A DNA stretch of 64,000 nt, taken from positions 22,168-86,167 of the IMG/VR virus record IMGVR_UViG_3300033145_001047, one strand, 5' to 3'. A program made the translations under genes and the position numbers. Below the pieces are notes generated by a model that was not told the origin of the DNA, did not search any database, and saw nothing but the letters and a program-made list of their open reading frames with translations. This stretch comes from a virus. This document shows, in pieces, positions 56,754-64,000 of this stretch (the stretch's first letter is position 1; each line of letters begins with the position of its first letter).

Positions 56754-58298
56754 TTAGAATACCTCTAGAATTACCACGCTACCGAAGTAAGCGTTAAAGT
56801 ATCGCCTCTCCAGGTCGAAGCTGTCCTCCTCGAACCTCACGGTCCTTGTGATTCCGTCTATCGGATTCGTGAACTCGAACGTATCCAGGGGTCCACTCTT
56901 CGACTCGTAGAAGTCGCGCACATTCTCGGCCTCCGCCTTTCCCATGACGGGGAACGTGATGGTGAACTTCTTCCTGGACCGCCCCCACTTGTCTCGCCGC
57001 TGCTCGACACCGTTCTCGAACTGAGAGACCATGATGCTCCGAATCGTCTGCTCGATGAATGGATACCCTCGGAGGATATCGTTGAAGGCCGCGTCAATTC
57101 CCGCAGCTCTCGCCTCTCCGACCAGGACGTACTCGTTGACCTCCAGGTGAATCACCAGGTCGAGCAGCTCGACGTCCTCCGTGGCGGTGATATCCTCCGA
57201 GACCTCGACGTCTATCCTGGTGTCGAACACGTTCGTGTACTCGGTAACCGTGATCTCGTCATAGACGTCCGGCTCCAGGGTCCCCGGCCCGGCGGTCAGG
57301 TCCTCCACGACGGTCACCGCGTCGAACACATCGACCTCGACGACCTCGTCATGTGTATTGATATTCTCGACCACTGCAACATCGTCGTATACATCGACTT
57401 CCAGCTCAAGGTCGGACGTCGAGGCGTACTCCGTGATCGTCACCACGTCGAACACCGACAGGTCGATATCGAGGTCGAGGATGGTCACCGACTCCGCGAC
57501 GGTGACATCCTCCGCCCCCGACAGTTCGATCACCAGGTCGTTCGTCGAGGCGTACTCTGTAACGATTACGTCCTCCGACGCTTCCAGGTTGAATTCGGCC
57601 ATGCTGACCGTCAGAGACTCATCGACGTCAAGGACGTCTATGATGTGGAAGTAGGCGAACAGTTCAGGGAGGAGGATCACCGGAGCCTCTGAAATTGCCA
57701 CGGCCTCGACCACCACTCCCATCTCTATCATGAGGTCGTTCAGGAGCCCGACATCAGTCACCAGGAAGGTCTCGTGCACGTCGATCTCTACCGGCAGCTC
57801 TATCTCAAAGTCCTCGACCAGTGCCACATCTTCCGAACCATCCAGCTCGACAATCGGGTCAAGGACGTCCGGGCTCTCCGTCGCTTCGATCTCGTCGTTG
57901 ACGGATATCAGGAGGATATCGAGCACGATCTCGGGGACCTCGGCCAGCACGACGTAGTCGATTATCCCGAGATAGGCCACGATGTCGAGGTTGAACTCCG
58001 TCGACTCTTGCACCGTCAGCGTCTCGGCCACCACTCCGACCTCGATCACCAGGTCGTTCAGTATCGAGACATCGGTCACGAGGAGGTCCTGGTATATGTC
58101 GATGTCCAGCGGGAGGTCGAGCTGCAGGTCCTCAGTCAGGGACAGGTCCTCCGAGACCTCAAGTTCGACGACCGGGTCGTGGACGGTAACCGACTCCTCA
58201 GTCGTGATAGCTTCCGCCACGGAGATGTTCAACACGTCGAGGAGCATGTCCGCGTCTTCCTGGGTGCATACACACTGATATACTGAGAAGTCGGCCAT
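56754..58298 (-). CDS. Distal tail protein (gpM/DUF2460-like) with N-terminal acidic repeat array
   Basis: Follows the tape measure gene; last ~110 aa (SQFENGVEQRR...F...GPLDTF.F.NP...VRF) are Dit-like. Confidence 0.75.
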   Translation of the reverse strand: MADFSVYQCVCTQEDADMLLDVLNISVAEAITTEESVTVHDPVVELEVSEDLSLTEDLQLDLPLDIDIYQDLLVTDVSILNDLVIEVGVVAETLTVQESTEFNLDIVAYLGIIDYVVLAEVPEIVLDILLISVNDEIEATESPDVLDPIVELDGSEDVALVEDFEIELPVEIDVHETFLVTDVGLLNDLMIEMGVVVEAVAISEAPVILLPELFAYFHIIDVLDVDESLTVSMAEFNLEASEDVIVTEYASTNDLVIELSGAEDVTVAESVTILDLDIDLSVFDVVTITEYASTSDLELEVDVYDDVAVVENINTHDEVVEVDVFDAVTVVEDLTAGPGTLEPDVYDEITVTEYTNVFDTRIDVEVSEDITATEDVELLDLVIHLEVNEYVLVGEARAAGIDAAFNDILRGYPFIEQTIRSIMVSQFENGVEQRRDKWGRSRKKFTITFPVMGKAEAENVRDFYESKSGPLDTFEFTNPIDGITRTVRFEEDSFDLERRYFNAYFGSVVILEVF

Positions 58299-60889
58299 TA
58301 TCTGCTCACCCCCTTGACCACTCTCCGCGTGACTCCTCGCTTGATTATGTCCGCGTTTATCGTGTTAATAATCAAGTTCTTATCCAGCAGCCCGTTCACC
58401 ATGCTCGGGTCGATCACGTTCACGATAGTGACCTCTCCGCTCCCACCCTGTCCTTCGTTCTTTCCCCTTGGCGTCACCGATTCGCCTCGGTGCAACTGGT
58501 ACATGCCGGTCTCGGGGACGAACGGGGTCCCGCGCTGCAGTGTCCCCAGTCCGGTCGGCCACTCCGACGTCATGCTCCCGAACCCGGAGGAGGAGAACGT
58601 CGTGTCGTCGTCAGTAGACGCGCCGTGCAGTGAGCCACTGGTCGCACTCGCTGCCGACCGTACTGAACTCGCCGTCGACAGAACAGTCGAGGCCGCACTC
58701 CGAGGAGTAGAGCGGAGGAACTTGCTCCCGCCGCCCTCGCCAGCCTTCGACACTAGCATCCCGTGCTGTCTCTGCAGTGCAGCAGTCTCTCCATCTATTG
58801 CGGACGTGTTCGCCCGTCGCGCCTTCGCCACCGCTGAGGTCGCGTCCGCCGACGTTTTCGTCAGGTCGGTTAGTTCCTTGAGTTTTCTAGTATATGAGTC
58901 CTGGGACTCCACTCCATCTTCGAGTCGCTTCTTGAGAATCTCCTGGGCCTTCGAGAACGCCTCGGAGCTGAGAGCCGCCTCGTTCATCTTCTTGTTGAGA
59001 ATCCCCTGAGCCTTGCTGCCTATGTCGATCTCTTTCGTCTTCTGCTTGTCGGCCTCTATCGTCTTGTACTTCGCCTTGAGTTCGTTCTCAAGAGCCATCG
59101 ACTCGTCGGCGTACTGGTTCAGCCGGTCGATGGTCATGTTCCGGAGTTTCTTCCCCTGGGCTTCGTCCATCTCGCCGGTCTTTATCCGGGCCTCGATCTC
59201 CTCCCGGTACTTCTGCTCTTTTTCTATTTTCGTATTCAGCAGCTCGATTCGTTTCTTGTCTTCCTCGCTGACACCCTGGAGCGACTTGGCGTACTCGTTG
59301 TTCGCATCGACCAGGCGCTTCGTGTTGGCCTTTTGCTGTTGCGTTCTCTCCGCCGTCGCCGCCGCCAGGTCGTTCTCCGCCTTGCGCCAGTAGTACAGCG
59401 CCTCGGCAATCTTGTATATTGCAGTGACTCCGATTGCGATAGTTGCAATCAGTGCGCCCAAAGTCACACCGAGCACGGCAGCACTCGCTCCGGCTCCGAC
59501 CGTGGCCGGAACGATTGCCGTAATAGCTGCCAGGAGACCACCGCCCCCGAATATCGCCCCGGCGATTGCGGTGATAGCGGGCCACAACGCTCCGAGGGCG
59601 AAGACAAGCTGCCCGGCCACTATAAGGAACGCCCCGCCAGCTACTCCCCCCGCGCCGATTCCTGCGGTCCACCTCACTATCCCCTCGGCGAGTTCCTTGT
59701 TCTCCTCAATCCAGTCCCTAATGCCCACCGTCATTGCCGGGATTATCTCGGTGCCGAGTTCCTTCATCAGCGGGACCAGCGGCATTATCACCGCGTCCTT
59801 CAATTCCCGGAGGCTTTCCTTCGAATGTCCGTACGCCGCCGTCAGCCGGTCCTGTTGTATAGCGAAGTTCTCGTCGACGATACCTGCCCTGGTCTTGAGT
59901 TCTATGGCCGTCTGCATGACGCCGTTCAGGTCGTTCGTGATAGCGGCGAGGCCCTTCGACGCCCGGATGTTCGGTATGAGTTTCGACGCTCTCTCCGCCT
60001 CGACCTCCCCGAGCTTCCCCATTATCTCTATCAGTTTGCCCTGCGCGACGGCTTGCTGCGGGGTCAGGCCGTACCATTCCTTCATCTGGTCTATTAGGTC
60101 TTCGGTCGGACTCTTGAGAGCGTTCAGGATAGCGTTCATGGATGTCGACGCTACGTTCACGTTTCCTATGCCGAGCGTCATTTTTGCGAACGCCGCCATA
60201 GCGTCTTCTGCGGTGACACCCATTTCCTTCGCCGTCGGGATGAACATACCCGATGTCGCGGCCAGCTCCGCGACGCTTGCCCGTGCTTTCACCTGGGTCT
60301 TGAACAGGAGGTCCGCTGCATCCGACGCGCCGTTCAGCGTGTCGCCGTAGTTCTCCATGAGGGTCAGGAGGCCAGCGGTCGAATCGCCGAGCCCCGCGCC
60401 ACCGGCCTCGGCCAGCTTCACCGCCGCCTCGAATATCCCCATAGCTTCGGAGGTGGTGTCTGTTGCAGACTTGACATCGAAGAACGCCTTGACCATATCG
60501 TTCCGGGAGACGCCGGTGGTGACGGCCAGGCTCCGTATCTGTTCCTCGATAGCGGCCATTGCTTGCTCGTCGCCGCCGAGGAGTATCTCTATATTCTTGA
60601 GGCCGTCCTCGAACGAGGCGAAGTCCTTGAGCATGAGGCCGTACGCGCCGGTGATTGCAGCCCCCGCCGTGGCCATGCTTCGGCCAGCTCCGGACATGGC
60701 CGTCCCCGCGCCCTTGAGAGACCCACTGATACGGCTCGACATCTCGGCGAAGGACCGACCGATAGCTGAGGCGTGTTTCCCCGCATCCTGAGCGAACGTC
60801 CTGATTTTCCCGGTTCCGCTTCCTAGCTTATTCGATAGGTCGCGGATGTCCCCGGTGATTTTCAGGTTCATTGCATCGAAGTCCGGCAC
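58298..60889 (-). CDS. Tape measure protein
   Basis: 863 aa, Ala/Gly-rich helical protein with a TP901-type core and C-terminal GTPFVPETG...LHRGE.V. Confidence 0.93.
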   Translation of the reverse strand: MPDFDAMNLKITGDIRDLSNKLGSGTGKIRTFAQDAGKHASAIGRSFAEMSSRISGSLKGAGTAMSGAGRSMATAGAAITGAYGLMLKDFASFEDGLKNIEILLGGDEQAMAAIEEQIRSLAVTTGVSRNDMVKAFFDVKSATDTTSEAMGIFEAAVKLAEAGGAGLGDSTAGLLTLMENYGDTLNGASDAADLLFKTQVKARASVAELAATSGMFIPTAKEMGVTAEDAMAAFAKMTLGIGNVNVASTSMNAILNALKSPTEDLIDQMKEWYGLTPQQAVAQGKLIEIMGKLGEVEAERASKLIPNIRASKGLAAITNDLNGVMQTAIELKTRAGIVDENFAIQQDRLTAAYGHSKESLRELKDAVIMPLVPLMKELGTEIIPAMTVGIRDWIEENKELAEGIVRWTAGIGAGGVAGGAFLIVAGQLVFALGALWPAITAIAGAIFGGGGLLAAITAIVPATVGAGASAAVLGVTLGALIATIAIGVTAIYKIAEALYYWRKAENDLAAATAERTQQQKANTKRLVDANNEYAKSLQGVSEEDKKRIELLNTKIEKEQKYREEIEARIKTGEMDEAQGKKLRNMTIDRLNQYADESMALENELKAKYKTIEADKQKTKEIDIGSKAQGILNKKMNEAALSSEAFSKAQEILKKRLEDGVESQDSYTRKLKELTDLTKTSADATSAVAKARRANTSAIDGETAALQRQHGMLVSKAGEGGGSKFLRSTPRSAASTVLSTASSVRSAASATSGSLHGASTDDDTTFSSSGFGSMTSEWPTGLGTLQRGTPFVPETGMYQLHRGESVTPRGKNEGQGGSGEVTIVNVIDPSMVNGLLDKNLIINTINADIIKRGVTRRVVKGVSR

Positions 60890-61145
60890 GTTCTGCTTCC
60901 TCCCGAGTTAGGACCTTCCTGTCAATCTTGTATTCCGCGAACCTCTTGTCCGCCTGGTCCTCGGGCACCGGAGGAGCCTGTCTCACCTGGTGCCCTACGT
61001 GCATCACTGCTTCGTTGAACATGTACTCCCACACGCTCAAGTCCTGCAGTATCTCGGTCGGCAGCTTTCCATAACGCGCCGCCATGAAATCTATCGTGGC
61101 CACCAGGCCGCGATTCTTAAAGAACGCCTCAAAGTCCTGAGACAT
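60828..61145 (-). CDS. Tail assembly chaperone, gpT-like part
   Basis: Between the gpG-like gene and the tape measure; MAARYGKLPTEIL motif; in frame with the upstream ORF. Confidence 0.65.
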   Translation of the reverse strand: MSQDFEAFFKNRGLVATIDFMAARYGKLPTEILQDLSVWEYMFNEAVMHVGHQVRQAPPVPEDQADKRFAEYKIDRKVLTREEAERAGLRCNEPENHRGHPRPIE

Positions 61146-61157
61146 AATTTCCGCTTT

Positions 61158-61634
61158 TCAGCTTGGTATTCTGCCGGACACCACTCCTATCAGGAAGGAC
61201 TGGTCCTCTTTCTCCAGCTCCCCGTACAACAGGTGCGTGTCCCTCTTCCCTTCTTCGTAGACCATAGCAACCGGAGGGTTGACGATTCCTTTCTCGACCG
61301 TGACCTGGAGGAACTTCCCGAACAGCTCGAAGTTTTCCTTCGCCTCTTTGCTCTCCGTGTCCTCGATCTTGCCCTCGACAAGTTCGCCTATGAATTTGAA
61401 GAACTCGTTCGGGATGTCATTCATGCCTTCGCCGATGTAGTCCAAAGGCGTCAGCCGCTTAATCTCGAACATGAGGCCCGACGGTGCGACCACCTTCCGG
61501 ACCTGTGCCATATTGCGCCGGTACTCTTCGACGCTCGTCACCTTCTTCACTTCCTCGACGGGAGCCTCGGCTACCTTCGGCTCCTCGACTGCTTCTTCCG
61601 TTTTCGTCTCGTCGTTCTCTTGAGACATCGTCAA
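61158..61634 (-). CDS. Tail assembly chaperone, gpG-like
   Basis: Acidic 158 aa ORF after the tail tube gene. Confidence 0.7.
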   Translation of the reverse strand: MTMSQENDETKTEEAVEEPKVAEAPVEEVKKVTSVEEYRRNMAQVRKVVAPSGLMFEIKRLTPLDYIGEGMNDIPNEFFKFIGELVEGKIEDTESKEAKENFELFGKFLQVTVEKGIVNPPVAMVYEEGKRDTHLLYGELEKEDQSFLIGVVSGRIPS

Positions 61635-61658
61635 CCCTCCTAGTTTTTTCCTCTCCGC

Positions 61659-62174
61659 TTATTCGGAGATTATATCCACGATTGAACCGTACTCTTTCCC
61701 GGCGTCCTTCGTCGTGTCCGGCAATATCCGGAACGTCGCGGGTACGACAGTCAGAGCATCTTTCTGGTGGACGAGTTCTCCACTCTCCCACATGACCGCC
61801 TTGTAGACGGTATAGATACGGTCGTATCCCTCGGGGGACACGCCACGGAACTCCAGCGTGTGCTCTACCACGTCTTCGTTCATTCCCCAGTCCAGGGTTC
61901 TCGTCCCGGCCTGTACGTCTTCAACGACGTCTCCGGTCTGCTCCCAAATAATCTTGAGATTTTCCAGGGTCGCTTCCGCTATGTTCGTCCTTACCTCGAA
62001 GGACTCCCGAATCTTGTGAACGCGAACCGGCGCGTACGACTGGTCCACTTCCACATCCATCCTGTCCGCCGTCTTCACGATGGTCACGCCTCCCGACGTG
62101 TAACCCATACTCGAAGAGTCGATGGACAGCAGACCTACACCTATGAGAACATTCTGCGGGTCATAATCTGGCAT
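61659..62174 (-). CDS. Major tail (tube) protein
   Basis: NVLIGVG...GYTSGGV...VDQ...EATLENL; position in the tail operon. Confidence 0.85.
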   Translation of the reverse strand: MPDYDPQNVLIGVGLLSIDSSSMGYTSGGVTIVKTADRMDVEVDQSYAPVRVHKIRESFEVRTNIAEATLENLKIIWEQTGDVVEDVQAGTRTLDWGMNEDVVEHTLEFRGVSPEGYDRIYTVYKAVMWESGELVHQKDALTVVPATFRILPDTTKDAGKEYGSIVDIISE

Positions 62175-62194
62175 CTAAAATTCACCCCCCTCCA

Positions 62195-62614
62195 TTATTC
62201 ATCATTCCGTGCTACGACCATGAACCTGACGACTCTCTCGTATGTTTCGAGGTCGTTGTTCCAGTACAAGGCCAGCAAGTCACCCTGGTATCTGCAGTCG
62301 TAGCAGTGCAGCTTCCCGGTGACCGACAGGTCGGCCTCGTCCAGTAACGTCACGACTCGCTCGATCATATCATCGACGCGAAGGTCGTCCTCTCTATCGT
62401 ATGCCCTGACTATCAGGGGTATGTCTCGAATCTTCGACGTGAAGTCCGTCTTCACCATTTCGTCCTGGGAGTAGAACACGACCAGGCTCTTCCACTTCCC
62501 GCTCGTGTCGTAGCCGCGCTTGATCGTCTTGTTCTTCTCCGTGTACCGGGCCAGTTCTTTCAGCTCCGCGTCGCCCCGGAGGATGTTCGCCGTCGCTTTC
62601 AGTAGTTCCTTCAT
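62195..62614 (-). CDS. Tail terminator / completion protein
   Basis: Size, position and fold pattern. Confidence 0.65.
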   Translation of the reverse strand: MKELLKATANILRGDAELKELARYTEKNKTIKRGYDTSGKWKSLVVFYSQDEMVKTDFTSKIRDIPLIVRAYDREDDLRVDDMIERVVTLLDEADLSVTGKLHCYDCRYQGDLLALYWNNDLETYERVVRFMVVARNDE

Positions 62615-62985
62615 ACGAGTGACCTCAGCACAGCGTTCACCTGGGAGACAATGTACAGAATGACCTCGCTCTTCTTCTGCATATACGCCGGTTGCAGGTA
62701 GCCGCCGTCCGGGAGGGCCTCGATGAACGGCCCGTACGGGACGTCGGTCCCGATAACTCCCTCGATCTCATACAGCCCGACCATTCCGGCCTTGCTCTTG
62801 ACGTTCCGCCGGAGGTTTCCGGTCTTCACGTGCTTCTTCTCCGTGAGAATCTCCTGAGCCCTTTCTGCTATGATCGAGGTCCCCCTGAACATGGAAGCCT
62901 TGAGAGAGTCGCGGACGCTGACCCTGGTCAGCTCGAAGATGCTGATAGTCTTCTTCGTCCCCTCGACCTCCATCGTGAACTTCAA
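62611..62985 (-). CDS. HK97 gp10-like neck protein
   Basis: VKTGNLRR, GTDVPYGPFIE and YLQPA. Confidence 0.85.
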   Translation of the reverse strand: MKFTMEVEGTKKTISIFELTRVSVRDSLKASMFRGTSIIAERAQEILTEKKHVKTGNLRRNVKSKAGMVGLYEIEGVIGTDVPYGPFIEALPDGGYLQPAYMQKKSEVILYIVSQVNAVLRSLV

Positions 62986-63338
62986 TTATCTATCCTCCGG
63001 ACCATTCCCTCGATGTGGTGCGGCATTCGTCCCTTGTGTACCGGGTTCAGGTCGAGCACCAGGTAGACGTCCCGCGTCGTCTCTTCCCTCAGCTTGTCAC
63101 CCACAGCTATGTCGGCGTCGACGGCACAGAACATACGGTGCGAGGGAGTGTACGATTTCCCGGAGAACAGAATCTCCAGGCGACCGACGCCTACCCCCTG
63201 GAACGTCGATATCCTGACGGGGACCTTCCATTCCTTCTTCTCCCGGCTCCGGGTGCTTCCCCCGTAGTCGTCGTCCTCCGACGTCTCACGGAGCACCGTC
63301 ACCGAGTGACTCCAGAATTTGTTCAGTCTCTCGCTCAT
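62982..63338 (-). CDS. Head closure (stopper) protein
   Basis: DDYGG, DIAVGD and HHIE; position. Confidence 0.7.
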   Translation of the reverse strand: MSERLNKFWSHSVTVLRETSEDDDYGGSTRSREKKEWKVPVRISTFQGVGVGRLEILFSGKSYTPSHRMFCAVDADIAVGDKLREETTRDVYLVLDLNPVHKGRMPHHIEGMVRRIDN

Positions 63339-63339
63339 G

Positions 63340-63981
63340 TTATCGACTCAGCCCTAGCCCCACCTGTTCCGCGTAGTTCTGCACAATCGTGTCCAGCTCC
63401 TCGTCGTTAATGATGTAGCTCTTGAGTTCCCGCGCCTGGTAGCTGTAGTCTCCCATCTTCTCCGACTGCATTGATTTCAACATCTCGCCGTCGTTCATAA
63501 TGCGCTGAATCAATCGGCCCTGCAGATAGATTATCGGCTTCGGGACTGCCGTGAATCCCCACACCCCGAGGACTGCGACGTTCGCCACTCCCTTCGGGAA
63601 GGTGCCGGGCTGCGCTATCACACGGGCCGAGAGGTTGTATCCCCAGTCCTTCCACTGAATCCACCGCTCCTCCACCGCGAACGCCGTCGGCTCGTACTCG
63701 TCGTACGACGTCTCGGTCGAATACAGCCTGACGCTGCTCAGAGAGACCAGCCGCTCGTTGAGCATGAGGGTATCGTGTCCGCTGCCGTTCAGCTCCCGCG
63801 TCGCCGGGCTCTCCTCGGTGCCGTCGCTCTCGAAGTTCTTCTCACAGAGTTCGTCTATGAGTTCCTTCGTCATGTCCTGCAGGAATTCCAGGTACTTGTT
63901 GTCGTCGTCGCCACCCACCAGGTTGAACGGCGGCTCGGCCAACTGTTCCCGCGTTATATACACGTCACCCACTTCGTCCAC
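63340..63981 (-). CDS. Head-tail adaptor protein
   Basis: YITREQL, IDELC, FPKG..NV.V.G.WG...VP and SEKMGDYSY. Confidence 0.8.
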   Translation of the reverse strand: MDEVGDVYITREQLAEPPFNLVGGDDDNKYLEFLQDMTKELIDELCEKNFESDGTEESPATRELNGSGHDTLMLNERLVSLSSVRLYSTETSYDEYEPTAFAVEERWIQWKDWGYNLSARVIAQPGTFPKGVANVAVLGVWGFTAVPKPIIYLQGRLIQRIMNDGEMLKSMQSEKMGDYSYQARELKSYIINDEELDTIVQNYAEQVGLGLSR

Positions 63982-64000
63982 CCCCCTCCTAGTAGTTCCT

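Noticed and set aside
52507-58298. Haloarchaeal virus suggested by very acidic proteins
   Set aside because: Acidity is confined to the repeat arrays. Other proteins are Lys-rich, and sigma70 promoters, Shine-Dalgarno sites, a LysM-3D enzyme and a lipoprotein indicate a bacterial host.
1-64000. Long plus-strand ORFs (for example 757-2169, 7154-8626, 49140-52523)
   Set aside because: They are antisense shadows of high-GC minus-strand genes, with no motifs or RBS.
1-64000. Genome-wide stop-codon reassignment
   Set aside because: Conserved genes are full length in the standard code, and TGA, TAG and TAA all end genes at sensible, often ATGA-coupled, positions. Only the chaperone UGA is suspicious.

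Overview
The window is most of the genome of a tailed (siphovirus-type) bacteriophage of roughly 60% GC, with essentially all credible genes on the minus strand. In transcription order (high to low coordinates) it holds: head-tail joining genes, tail tube, chaperones, tape measure, an unusual tail tip module, a GT9-like glycosyltransferase, holin/spanin-like genes, a non-coding region with iteron-like repeats, a long early/middle region of small ORFs driven by repeated sigma70-type promoters, recombination and nuclease genes, a three-gene dTDP-rhamnose pathway, terminase (with an intein), portal and a MuF-type head protein that runs off the left edge. Capsid and protease genes lie outside the window. 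No polymerase, primase, replicative helicase, integrase, tRNA or CRISPR array was recognised. The strongest candidate for an undescribed system is virion glycosylation: the last ~500 aa of the tail tip protein are about 12% cysteine, apparently Cys in place of Thr/Ser, and are encoded directly upstream of a glycosyltransferase, in a genome that also encodes its own nucleotide-sugar pathway, a sulfotransferase and orphan methyltransferases. Other oddities are Lys-free acidic ~21-aa repeat arrays in two tail proteins, an in-frame UGA rather than a frameshift between the tail chaperone ORFs, a thrice-repeated ~175 bp promoter cassette, and two ~90 nt structured intergenic elements. All family calls come from reading motifs by eye; no searches were run.
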